DNA of 64,000 nt, taken from positions 50,815 through 114,814 of the forward strand of contig CAJWRM010000002.1 in assembly GCA_913046365.1 (NCBI GenBank), given 5' to 3'. This DNA is from an uncultured Flavobacteriales bacterium (GTDB lineage: Bacteria; Bacteroidota; Bacteroidia; Flavobacteriales_D; Crocinitomicaceae). Under the pieces are notes generated by a model. That model did not search any database. It saw nothing but the letters and a program-made list of their open reading frames with translations, and was not told the DNA's origin. Made by a program: the position numbers and the translations under genes. This document shows positions 9,701-17,663 of this stretch, piece after piece. Position 1 is the first letter of the stretch; the number at the start of each line of letters is the position of its first letter.

Positions 9701-10876
9701 CACAATGTTCCCATCTGCATCTGCAATATTGAATGATACTTCACCTGTAAAACTACCTGTTGTCCATTCTGCAGTTATTGTCGCTCCTTCTGAAGCTACA
9801 AAATTCGCTGTAGCATTATCTCCTGTTGCGATTGTTGCATCGGCAAGTGCTACAACACCGTCTACTAAAATAGTTACAGCGTTTCCATTCCATCCATCAC
9901 CCCATGAATCAAACATATTCAAGGTATACACGACAGGAAGACCACTTGCTGTAGCTTCCAACAAAATGCTTGACGAACCACTACAAACAGAAAGTAATGA
10001 GTCTGCTGAAGGTGCTCCTGGTACAACCGTTGGTGGTGTTGCTATTTCAATGGTTAAAGGTGCGCTCTGAAGTCCTGCACCATCCTCAACAACGATAGTA
10101 TATGTTCCTGCTGCTAAATTCGTTGGTGCGGGACCAAATGCTCCTCCATCAACTGAAAAGTTAAAAGGAAGTGTTCCACACTGAACCCCAGCAATAGAAA
10201 AGGTTCCATCTTCGTTTCCGATACAAGAAACATCTTGAACAAGAAAATCAACATTTACGTCAGTTATATCAACAACGACTTCCACTGCCGCACTTTCTGT
10301 ACAACCTCCATTTAAGGTATCACCAATTTGAGTAACAAAGAAGCTATAAGTCCCAGTTCCAGAGGTTAAACCTACAACATCAAGTGTGTTGCCCGTACCG
10401 ATATTGTTCCCGCCTGGGGCATCGTACCAGTTTAATATATATGTTTCGCCAGGTACAGTAAAGCCAATTGCATCTCCGTGTGCGCCGGAATAAACTACAG
10501 TACCTGTTTCATCTTGTATGTCAAAAGAGACTTCGCTTGTAAATGATCCAGCTTCCCACGTCGCAGTCAAAACAGAGCCCTCAAGCATCGTGAATGTTGC
10601 AGTTCCTGTCGCACCCGCTGTTATCGTTGCATTAGCAAGAACGATATTCCCATCAGCAGAAATCGAAATTGTATTTCCATTCCATCCATCTCCCCATGAG
10701 TCATTCATAACAAGTGTATACGTAAGCGCAGAAGGTGTAGCTGTTGCCTCAATTGGGATACTTGCAACACCACCACAAAACGCAAGCGGACCTGCTGCAG
10801 TAGGCTCGTTACACTGCGCATTTAAGGTAGAAATACCCATGAGCAACGAAAAGCCAATTAGTAGTAATTTTTTCAT
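6731..10876 (-). CDS. Giant modular cell-surface protein with T9SS type-A C-terminal sorting domain
   Basis: Signal peptide at the N-terminus. Two ~264-aa tandem modules follow, each with an SWGDGWNG domain, a CHU-type Ig-like WYDA...FFVTQ...GC.S domain, and an SprB-like repeat DVSC.G..DG.F...G..P..FSVDGG. A third partial module, an Fn3 domain (residues ~875-965) and a MAM-like domain come next. The CTD is FELYPNPTSGSFNIQ...TGTYFVKIYNNNVFKTFRVVKN. Confidence 0.9.
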   Translation of the reverse strand: MKKLLLIGFSLLMGISTLNAQCNEPTAAGPLAFCGGVASIPIEATATPSALTYTLVMNDSWGDGWNGNTISISADGNIVLANATITAGATGTATFTMLEGSVLTATWEAGSFTSEVSFDIQDETGTVVYSGAHGDAIGFTVPGETYILNWYDAPGGNNIGTGNTLDVVGLTSGTGTYSFFVTQIGDTLNGGCTESAAVEVVVDITDVNVDFLVQDVSCIGNEDGTFSIAGVQCGTLPFNFSVDGGAFGPAPTNLAAGTYTIVVEDGAGLQSAPLTIEIATPPTVVPGAPSADSLLSVCSGSSSILLEATASGLPVVYTLNMFDSWGDGWNGNAVTILVDGVVALADATIATGDNATANFVASEGATITAEWTTGSFTGEVSFNIADADGNIVFSGVFNDAIGITIPAGNYPLNWYDAATAGNLEGNGSPFEAVGSGVMPAAVTGAYDFFVTQSNGGCESSATQVTVLVTDVNVTLSVTDETCTGYANGGFAILDTLCGTAPFVFQVDSGAFDVAPNLTAGTYSIVVQDADSLFSSPIEITIGTLETSIPPSPVADTAIYACVGDSSIELTAVGDIATTDSLLTTMAAGNGSEGTMFVIEAIQETTIQDFALNMNAGTGDVSIWYRADDYLTVPGANTSDAGWILVGTATGVASSSPNYTNIPVPVNITVPAGERYSFHVHSTGGVAYTNGTGLGNVFASNASFNFIEGHGGAPAFSCTFQPRVFNGLIRFEATESIDIAWFDAPTDGAVIGNGTPFESVGTAILPDADSAGTFDFYVASNNNGCYSAETIEVSVNIADVNVDLAAVDATCNTGADGSFAIDAVSCGEAPFTFSVDGGVAGPAPTDLSPGVYNVVVFDSLGDSSSVYYLTVGSAAGPSDLVINELTDTSINVSWISNGSETAWTVEYGAAGFTPGTGEEIASISVTDTVAFINNLSGNTDYDFYVVADCGTGVNGDWAQVSFTTDCGFYTVPFEETFEDDSDTRICWYNIYEVLEADWTYQAGAGAGIGGAALNSYEGTLNARFVSSPGGEITKLASPRLDLSDQDSVALVFAYAQEQWAGDQNTTKVYMRDTDTAAWVEIASYSDDTPEWTVDTLFIVDTTDQLEIAFEGTSNWGRANVVDQIQILPCSVEPGIDGSGNVCRAADTVDLNQYITAGETYGYWSFPANETFVNGSIADVQFLPEGSHDFLYVVKTPCTADTTVATLVIYGPSSAGDDGADSVCLNEPYNLLSSLSGNIDLGGDWIDPQGNNLGSPDITASNIPGSYNYSYITSNGVCDADTSTVLLFVDGGCDYLGLMEADLSFFELYPNPTSGSFNIQANEAEGFFSVEVTDLNGRIIQTFKNYITGNEIKSVDLKNSETGTYFVKIYNNNVFKTFRVVKN
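9230..10813 (-). repeat. In-frame tandem duplication, two units of 792 bp (264 aa) inside the giant adhesin gene
   Basis: tttccattccatccatcac at 9882 matches tttccattccatccatctc at 10674, giving a 792-nt period. At protein level WGDGW sits at residues 61-65 and 325-329. Confidence 0.8.
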
Positions 10877-11007
10877 TTGGTTAAGTTTTTAGATTTGTAA
10901 TTTAGCGAAAATATGAAATTCTATCGATAGTATTAAATTTACGATAGACAATTTCATGTTAAGTTTAATATTTACAGAAAAGAAATTTAATACTTATTTA
11001 ACAAGAA

Positions 11008-11805
11008 ATGAATAAACAAACATTAATAAACAAGGTCGCACTTGTATCTGGAAGTTCTCAGGGTATAGGTAAAGAAACGGCAAAGTTATTTGCTGATCGT
11101 GGCGCATCCGTAATTCTTTTGGCGAGAAATAAAACAAAACTAGAAGGTGTTCTCTCAGAATTACCCCTTGTAAATGAGCATCAAAAGCATGGGGTTTTGG
11201 TTGCTGATTTCTCTAATCCATTAGAATTACAAGAGGTTTTAGACGGATTTATGAATCAAGCCACAAGGGGGATTCACATATTGGTGAACAATACCGGAGG
11301 TCCTGCAGGTGGATTGATAAAAGATGCAAAACCTGAAGAGTTTATCAATACTTTTCAGCAGCATTTAATTTGCAATCATATTTTGGCACAAGCACTTATT
11401 CCTGCTATGATCAAGGAAGGATTTGGCAGAATTATAAATGTAATTTCAACTTCGGTGAAACAACCTCTTAATGGTCTTGGAGTTTCCAATACTGTCCGCG
11501 GTGCCGTTGCAAATTGGAGTAAAACTTTGGCCAATGAGCTTGGTGAATATAACATTACCGTTAATAATGTGCTTCCTGGAGCAACCAATACTTCTCGTTT
11601 GTCAGACATTGCAAATGCAAAGGCTTCAAAAGCTGAAAAGTCTGTGGACGAAATCTACAAGATGATGGCGATGCAGGTTCCTATGCAACGGATTGCTGAG
11701 CCTGAAGAGGTGGCAAAGGCAATAGCCTTTTTAGCTTCAAATGAGGCAGATTATATTAACGGAGTGAACCTACCTGTAGATGGGGGCAGGACAAAATCTT
11801 TATAA
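11008..11805 (+). CDS. SDR-fold oxidoreductase, atypical (canonical catalytic Tyr/Lys replaced)
   Basis: Rossmann motif VSGSSQGIGKE plus NNTGG. At the position of YxxxK the sequence is S-NTV-R (GVSNTVRGAVANWSKTLANEL), with no Tyr between IINVISTS and ITVNNVLPG. Confidence 0.75.
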   Translation: MNKQTLINKVALVSGSSQGIGKETAKLFADRGASVILLARNKTKLEGVLSELPLVNEHQKHGVLVADFSNPLELQEVLDGFMNQATRGIHILVNNTGGPAGGLIKDAKPEEFINTFQQHLICNHILAQALIPAMIKEGFGRIINVISTSVKQPLNGLGVSNTVRGAVANWSKTLANELGEYNITVNNVLPGATNTSRLSDIANAKASKAEKSVDEIYKMMAMQVPMQRIAEPEEVAKAIAFLASNEADYINGVNLPVDGGRTKSL

Positions 11806-11810
11806 ACTCA

Positions 11811-12104
11811 TTATTTACGAAGCGATATTCGGTAGGCTATTAAAAACGGAAACCCAAAGAGTAAACAAGCAGCAAAAGCATAACCCTTTGCAGTTAAATA
11901 AAAGTCAGAAAAATAATCCATGTTAGGGTCGTAACCCCATGGAGTGAACGAATAAAGACTTATTGGTGCCTGAATTATCATTCCCGTCTTTTTTACTACA
12001 TATTCTGCTGGAAACAAATTAATTGGAAACAGAAATAGAGGCAAGCCGATCAGGCATAGACTAAAAATAAATACATACAGTGGTTTCTTAATTTTCAAAC
12101 TCAT
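11811..12104 (-). CDS. Small hypothetical membrane protein
   Basis: Two or three hydrophobic helices. The start is placed at the internal ATG (MSLKIKKPLYVFIF...) because the ORF-track start at 12134 is 3 nt from the divergent kinase start. Confidence 0.4.
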   Translation of the reverse strand: MSLKIKKPLYVFIFSLCLIGLPLFLFPINLFPAEYVVKKTGMIIQAPISLYSFTPWGYDPNMDYFSDFYLTAKGYAFAACLLFGFPFLIAYRISLRK

Positions 12105-12137
12105 AGATTCAAAGATAAGCCTTAATTTTAGCAAAGC

Positions 12138-13673
12138 ATGTCAAACGCAGCAAACGGATTACATATAAATAAACAACGCTGGAAAATTTTTCTAGCGCTC
12201 ATGGTTATCATTGTCATTGCAGTATCCTTAGTGCTTTCGAATAATTTTGTTTCTAAGATTGGCGAGCGTGAAAAATCTAAAGCTACGCAATGGGTTGAAG
12301 CTATTAAAAAGAAAGGAGAACTTGTTCGGCTATCAAATGCTATTTTTTCCGAGCTGAAAAGAAAAGAGAAGCAAAAAATTGACTTGGTTGTAGAAGCGCA
12401 AAAAATTCTTCTGACTAAATCAGACCTTTCGAAAAATCAAGACGTTGAATTTTCTCTATCTATTATTCAATCAAATACTGAAATACCTGTCGTTCTTCTA
12501 ACAGATGAAGATATGGTAATGCAGTATAGAAACATGGATTCACTATTTCGGGATGTTTCGACTTCTATTGAAAAGGATTCGATTTGTTTTTTGAAAGCAT
12601 CGGAGTGGAAGAGTATTGATCAGTATCGGGTTATAGAATATTTGGATGGAGAGTTTTTACAATTTGTTTTTGGAAACTCATTTGAATTGGATCGGCTTCA
12701 ACGAGAAAGTGAACGTTTGATTTCCTCATTTAACGATGAGATTAAGGATAATAAGGCCCTTATTCCAGTGATGCTTTGGGATGTTTCTACTGATTCCTTG
12801 GAGGCGAGTAATTTGAATCTTGGCGAGGACGAAAGTAAATTGTTGCGTGAGAAATGGAAGCTCGACAATACGCCTTTAACCTTTGATTTTGGCTCAGGAA
12901 AAAAGCAGCTTTATTTCTCAGATAGTAATGAATTACTCTATTTACAATGGATTCCAAGCATACAGTTTTTGGTCCTTGGCTTATTGATTCTGTTGGGTTA
13001 TTTTATTTTCTCCACGTATAGAAAAGCAGAGCAAAAGCGCGTTTGGGCCGGAATGGCAAAAGAAACGGCACACCAACTCGGGACACCCCTTTCTTCTTTG
13101 ATGGGTTGGCAGGCACATCTGGAGAATCTAAAGGTTGATCCGATGGTCACGAAGGAGATGAAAAAAGACTTGGTTCGGCTTGAGAGAATTACAGACCGAT
13201 TTTCTAAAATTGGTTCTGAAGCCAAGCTTGAACAAACAGATATAAGCAAAACAATTGAAAATAATTTAGAGTATTTAAGGGCGCGCTTATCCAGCAAGGT
13301 AGAGCTCAATTTTCAATCTAATCTTGAACAGAGTGATGTCGTGCCGCACAATCCCTCTCTCATGGATTGGGTGGTTGAGAACCTTTGCAAGAATGCTGTC
13401 GATGCTATGCAGGGAGACGGGAAGCTCGAAATAAATATTTACAGCGATAAATCAAACATAGCTATAGATTTTATTGATTCTGGAAAGGGTATTTCTCCCA
13501 AAGAACAAAAGGCTATTTTTGAGCCTGGATATTCCACAAAAAAAAGAGGTTGGGGATTGGGTTTAGCTCTGGTAAAACGAATTATTGAAGAGCATCATTC
13601 AGGTAAAGTTTTTGTTGCCTCATCTACGATTGGCAAGGGAACAACCTTTCGTATTCTTTTATCTAAGAATTAA
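12138..13673 (+). CDS. Sensor histidine kinase with ~230-aa extracytoplasmic sensor domain (no adjacent response regulator)
   Basis: TM helices at residues ~15-35 and ~265-290, H-box ETAHQLGTPLSSL, and ATPase G-box GWGLGLALVKRII. Confidence 0.85.
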   Translation: MSNAANGLHINKQRWKIFLALMVIIVIAVSLVLSNNFVSKIGEREKSKATQWVEAIKKKGELVRLSNAIFSELKRKEKQKIDLVVEAQKILLTKSDLSKNQDVEFSLSIIQSNTEIPVVLLTDEDMVMQYRNMDSLFRDVSTSIEKDSICFLKASEWKSIDQYRVIEYLDGEFLQFVFGNSFELDRLQRESERLISSFNDEIKDNKALIPVMLWDVSTDSLEASNLNLGEDESKLLREKWKLDNTPLTFDFGSGKKQLYFSDSNELLYLQWIPSIQFLVLGLLILLGYFIFSTYRKAEQKRVWAGMAKETAHQLGTPLSSLMGWQAHLENLKVDPMVTKEMKKDLVRLERITDRFSKIGSEAKLEQTDISKTIENNLEYLRARLSSKVELNFQSNLEQSDVVPHNPSLMDWVVENLCKNAVDAMQGDGKLEINIYSDKSNIAIDFIDSGKGISPKEQKAIFEPGYSTKKRGWGLGLALVKRIIEEHHSGKVFVASSTIGKGTTFRILLSKN

Positions 13674-14622
13674 ATTCAGACTTTAGATTATTAATAACTT
13701 GTTTAACAGAAAGAATTTCCTTTACGTGTTCTATGGATGGTCCTGCGCACCAAACTGTTTTATAGGTTGTTGAAAATGCCGCTTTCTGGAGACTCTTCAT
13801 TCCCCTCATAAATGTCAAGGCTTTGAACCATTTCTTGACCTTTTTATTTTTATTTAAAAAGCTTTCCAAGAAGTTTTGAGATGTCCCTATTTTTGCTACA
13901 TATGGTGTTTTAATCACTGTGCAAGGTGTTCCGGAAAGCTTAGTTGTTAAAACAATATCTTCAGCGCCATATTCCACACAAGCATCCTTATATCCTTTGG
14001 AAACCGGAGCTTCATTTGTCGCAATAAAAATGCTGCCCATAGATACGCCGTCAGCTCCTAAATTTAGCATCTCTTTTATGCCCTGACCGTTTCCAATTCC
14101 CCCAGCAGAAATTATTGGAATGTTACATTCTTTTTTAAGTGCTGGAATTAGCTCAGCAAAAGGTGTTGGCCCAGCATGACCTCCTGCTTCTTTGTTCACG
14201 GCAATAATGGCATCCGCGCCTAATGCTTCTACTTTCCGAGCATACTTAACATCTACGACATCACAGAAAACTTTTACACCAAATTTTTTGGCCATCTCAA
14301 TAGTTTCAGCAGGAGAACCAAGTGAGGTTATAAAATAAGATATCCCTTCTTCACAACAGACCTTGAGCTGCTCTTTGTATAGAAAGTTCGATTTATTTAC
14401 AATAAGATTAATGCCAAAAGGACCATTTACCTCTTTTTTAATTCGCTGAATCGCAGCCCTTAATTCATCGACTGTCCTATAGTTCAATGCTGGGATAGCG
14501 CCCGTAATTCCATTTCGCAAGGCTTCAATAATCATTTCCTCATTTGACACCAAAAACATTGGCGCCATAATTACAGGAAAATCAATATTCAACATTTCAC
14601 ATAAAGAAGCTTTATTTGTCAT
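13663..14622 (-). CDS. Nitronate monooxygenase / FabK-like FMN-dependent enoyl reductase family protein
   Basis: FPVIMAPMFLVS near the N-terminus, GGIGNGQG, TIM-barrel NMO pattern. Confidence 0.75.
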   Translation of the reverse strand: MTNKASLCEMLNIDFPVIMAPMFLVSNEEMIIEALRNGITGAIPALNYRTVDELRAAIQRIKKEVNGPFGINLIVNKSNFLYKEQLKVCCEEGISYFITSLGSPAETIEMAKKFGVKVFCDVVDVKYARKVEALGADAIIAVNKEAGGHAGPTPFAELIPALKKECNIPIISAGGIGNGQGIKEMLNLGADGVSMGSIFIATNEAPVSKGYKDACVEYGAEDIVLTTKLSGTPCTVIKTPYVAKIGTSQNFLESFLNKNKKVKKWFKALTFMRGMKSLQKAAFSTTYKTVWCAGPSIEHVKEILSVKQVINNLKSEFNS

Positions 14623-14672
14623 TACCTTTGTTTAATTATTCAAAAATAAGCAATATCCAAATCCTATCCTAT

Positions 14673-15725
14673 ATGAGTATTAAGCAGAGGATTTTAATGT
14701 TATTTCTTCTTGTCTCTTTTCTTTCCTTAACTCAAAAAAACAGGAAGGTTGGCATTGAAGATTCCGCAAGGTATTCGCTGGCAATGTCTTATGAGGCTAT
14801 CGTTGATATGCTTTATTTATATGAGCCATTTGTGGACATTTCGGTATTGGGTTATTCTGAATTTGGTCAGTCTATTCCGCTACTTAAAATTTCTACGAAA
14901 AGTGCGTTAAAGAAAAAACCAATTTTGATTGTTGGTAATTTACATGCCAGAGAATTTTACAGCTCCAAGTTCGTTTTGAAGTTTTGCGATGAATTTTTAT
15001 ACTCTTTAATATCACAAGCTGGTATATATGAATCTGCGAATTCTATTATTGATGAGTACGATCTATACGTTATTCCCGTGGCAAATCCCGATGGGCTTAA
15101 AATTGCTCAAGAGGATTGGGATGGTATTGAAACCTATCAACCTTCAGTTGATTCAATAAAAAGAATTGGTCCCTATTCTGATTGGAAAGCAAATGGGATA
15201 GGCATCGATCTTAACAATAATTTTGATGATGGAAACTTTGAGGTGAAACACGGTCATTTATTTGAAGAGGACCCAGCATCTCAGGGACACAAAGGAGCTT
15301 TTCCCTGCGAAGCGAAAGAGGCTCGGATTATTCAAGATTTTGTCGACACATTGGTTCCTTTGTTAACGCTTTCATATCATACGAAGGGAGATGTTTTGTT
15401 TTGGGCTGACCGTGGTACCCATTCTTATTTTAATGGGCTTGATGAGAAACTAAATACGAAAGTGGCTAATGCTTGTGGATTTAAAATGGCTCGCGTATCA
15501 AGAAACCCGAGAGATTATGGTGCTGGATTAGAAAATTACATAAGGTCCAAAACCAAGCGACTAGGGGTTTGTGTTGAGCTATCTCCTCCCAATGATATGG
15601 TCGAACAGCATCCGGCCAATATGTTTAAAAGTTTGGTCTGGGATAAGTGCAAAAACATGCCTATTATTTATCTTGAGGAGCTTTCAAGGTTATACCCTAA
15701 GTATAAATATTTGTTTGAGCCGTAA
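14673..15725 (+). CDS. M14 family zinc carboxypeptidase (gamma-D-glutamyl-meso-diaminopimelate peptidase-like)
   Basis: HxxE zinc motif (GNLHAREF), VANPDG, later SYHTKG. The start is placed at ATG 14673 (MSIKQRILMLFLL signal peptide). Confidence 0.75.
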   Translation: MSIKQRILMLFLLVSFLSLTQKNRKVGIEDSARYSLAMSYEAIVDMLYLYEPFVDISVLGYSEFGQSIPLLKISTKSALKKKPILIVGNLHAREFYSSKFVLKFCDEFLYSLISQAGIYESANSIIDEYDLYVIPVANPDGLKIAQEDWDGIETYQPSVDSIKRIGPYSDWKANGIGIDLNNNFDDGNFEVKHGHLFEEDPASQGHKGAFPCEAKEARIIQDFVDTLVPLLTLSYHTKGDVLFWADRGTHSYFNGLDEKLNTKVANACGFKMARVSRNPRDYGAGLENYIRSKTKRLGVCVELSPPNDMVEQHPANMFKSLVWDKCKNMPIIYLEELSRLYPKYKYLFEP

Positions 15726-15778
15726 GGAAATGATTTGTTTCCAGTACTAATAAATTAGGCAGGAGATTAAATGCTTAC

Positions 15779-15786
15779 TAAATTTG
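15779..15786 (+). promoter_or_regulatory. Candidate Bacteroidota -7 box TAAATTTG upstream of pnuC
   Basis: Exact TAnnTTTG match 26 nt upstream of the ATG at 15812. No convincing -33 TTG was seen. Confidence 0.35.
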
Positions 15787-15811
15787 AAAACGCACATACT
15801 GCGTATTCTAA

Positions 15812-16435
15812 ATGGAATCGATTTTAGCATCCTTATTGGCACCCTATCAAGAATATTCTACCGTGAATATCTTTCTCGAGGCTACCGCTATACTATTCGG
15901 CCTAATCAGTGTTTGGTTTTCCAAGAAAAATAATATTTGGGTCTACCCAACTGGTATTGTCTCAACCTTAATATTTGTTTATCTGCTTTACAATTGGAAT
16001 TTGTTGGGTGATATGCTCATCAATGCATATTATTTTTCGATGAGTATCTATGGGTGGTATTATTGGACCCGAAAATCAGGTTCAATAGACCTGAATCCAA
16101 TTTCTAAAATGAGTCAATGGGAATTCCGAAGGGCCCTAGCCTTATTTGTTTTTGCGCTGTGCTTTGTCCTTGTGGTTTATACGCTCTTTGATAAGTGGGA
16201 TAATGTCATTGCTTACATAGACACACTAACGACTGCGATATTTTTTGTCGGAATGTGGCTCATGGCCAGAAGAAAAATTGAAAACTGGTTATTTTGGATT
16301 GTTGGGGATCTTATATCCATACCTTTATATTATGTTAAGGGATATTCGTTAACAAGTATTCAATATTTAATTTTTACTCTCGTTGCAGTTGCGGGCTATT
16401 ATGCATGGAAAAAAGAGCTATATGAGAGGAACTAA
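15812..16435 (+). CDS. pnuC: Nicotinamide riboside transporter PnuC family
   Basis: ~200-aa polytopic protein with the typical PnuC N-terminus (EATAILFGLISVWFSKKNNIWVYPTGIVS) and W-rich helices. Confidence 0.8.
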   Translation: MESILASLLAPYQEYSTVNIFLEATAILFGLISVWFSKKNNIWVYPTGIVSTLIFVYLLYNWNLLGDMLINAYYFSMSIYGWYYWTRKSGSIDLNPISKMSQWEFRRALALFVFALCFVLVVYTLFDKWDNVIAYIDTLTTAIFFVGMWLMARRKIENWLFWIVGDLISIPLYYVKGYSLTSIQYLIFTLVAVAGYYAWKKELYERN

Positions 16436-16925
16436 AATTGCTTTTACAGGACCTGAGTGTTCCGGAAAATCTACGGCGGCAGAATGGCTTGCAAAAGAGC
16501 TTTCTTGTGAACTAGTTGAGGAGTATGCTAGAGAATATTTAAAGGGTAGGTCTACCTATTCTATTGATGATTTGGATAAGATTGCATTAGAACAATTTGA
16601 TAGAAACTCGGCTGCAAGTCCATTGGTCATCGACACTGAAATGTTGGTAATGAAAATATGGTGTGAGGAAAAGTATCAGACGGCATCCGATACTATTTTA
16701 CAATTATTAAAGCGACAAAAATTAGACATTTATTTCCTTTGTAAACCGGATTTCAATTGGATTTCAGATCCATTGCGAGAGAACGCCAATGACAGAGAAC
16801 GATTATTTGAGATATATGAGTCTAATCTAAAAAAGTTTAATCTTTCCTATTGTGTACTTGCTGGTTCTGAATCCGAAAGAAAAAAAACCATTAACGATTT
16901 ATTATCTGGTAAAAATATTTTATGA
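16422..16925 (+). CDS. NadR-type AAA_28 ATPase (ribosylnicotinamide kinase-like)
   Basis: Walker A FTGPECSGKST. Start at ATG 16422 overlaps the pnuC 3' end by 14 nt. Gene context with pnuC supports the call. Confidence 0.6.
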   Translation: MRGTKIAFTGPECSGKSTAAEWLAKELSCELVEEYAREYLKGRSTYSIDDLDKIALEQFDRNSAASPLVIDTEMLVMKIWCEEKYQTASDTILQLLKRQKLDIYFLCKPDFNWISDPLRENANDRERLFEIYESNLKKFNLSYCVLAGSESERKKTINDLLSGKNIL

Positions 16926-17581
16926 AAAAAGTACTCTTTATTTTTTTGCTTTTAATTGTCTGCGTGCCAATTGCGTACTATTTTAATAAGCCATCTGATA
17001 AGAAAGTACTTAAGGTAATCAACCCCATTGACTTAAATTCTGAAATGGTTGATGTGGAGCTTAGGAGTAAGGGAAAGGATCATTTTATTGCAGATTTTGA
17101 TTTAATCGATCAGGATGGTTTCGCTTTTAGCTCAAGTAGCTTCTCAAAAAAAATATGGATAGTTGAATATTTCTTTGCGAGTTGTATGGGTATTTGCCCG
17201 ATTATGAACGAACAAATGAAGCGTGTACAAGCCGCCTTTTTAGCGGATACCAATGTTGTGATTATGAGTTTTACTGTTGATCCTGAAAACGACACACCGA
17301 AGGTTTTAAAGGAGTATGCAAATGCACACGGCTCAGCAGCTGGAAAATGGTTTTTCCTAACGGGAGACAAAGATTCGATATATAAATTAGCGCGAAAATC
17401 CTTTTTCCTTTTAAAGCCGGCTGAGGCTGAAAACCAAGGGGACGTCGGAAGTGACTTTATTCATACCAATAACTTTGTACTGATAGATGAAAATAAACAG
17501 ATCAGAGGTTATTATGATGGAACCAATCGAAATGAAGTAGATGAGCTTATTGAGGATATTGTCATTCTTCAAAAAGAATAG
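16922..17581 (+). CDS. SCO1/SenC family copper chaperone (thioredoxin fold)
   Basis: N-terminal TM anchor, CxxxCP motif (SCMGICP), later FIHTNNFVLID. ATGA overlap with the upstream gene. Confidence 0.75.
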   Translation: MKKVLFIFLLLIVCVPIAYYFNKPSDKKVLKVINPIDLNSEMVDVELRSKGKDHFIADFDLIDQDGFAFSSSSFSKKIWIVEYFFASCMGICPIMNEQMKRVQAAFLADTNVVIMSFTVDPENDTPKVLKEYANAHGSAAGKWFFLTGDKDSIYKLARKSFFLLKPAEAENQGDVGSDFIHTNNFVLIDENKQIRGYYDGTNRNEVDELIEDIVILQKE

Positions 17582-17663
17582 GGCTATCAGTATTCATAGA
17601 GCCTTGTGAAATTCCCTATCTTTGTTCTCTGAAAGTTCAAATTCCTTTCAAACGTCAACAGTA

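Noticed and set aside
9126-10892. Long plus-strand ORFs (9126-9425, 9666-10070, 10518-10892) antisense to the giant adhesin gene
   Set aside because: They lie wholly inside a strongly supported minus-strand CDS with clear domains. Their translations are low-complexity (Ala/Ser/Val/Pro-rich) and repeat with the same 792-nt period. They are shadow ORFs of a stop-poor repeat region.
15726-15811. Possible riboswitch (NAD+/pnuC motif or TPP) upstream of pnuC
   Set aside because: Only 86 nt are available. I saw none of the conserved TPP-element strings (for example CTGAGA together with ACCTGATCTGGATAATGCCAGCG) and no multi-stem structure, only one 5-bp hairpin.
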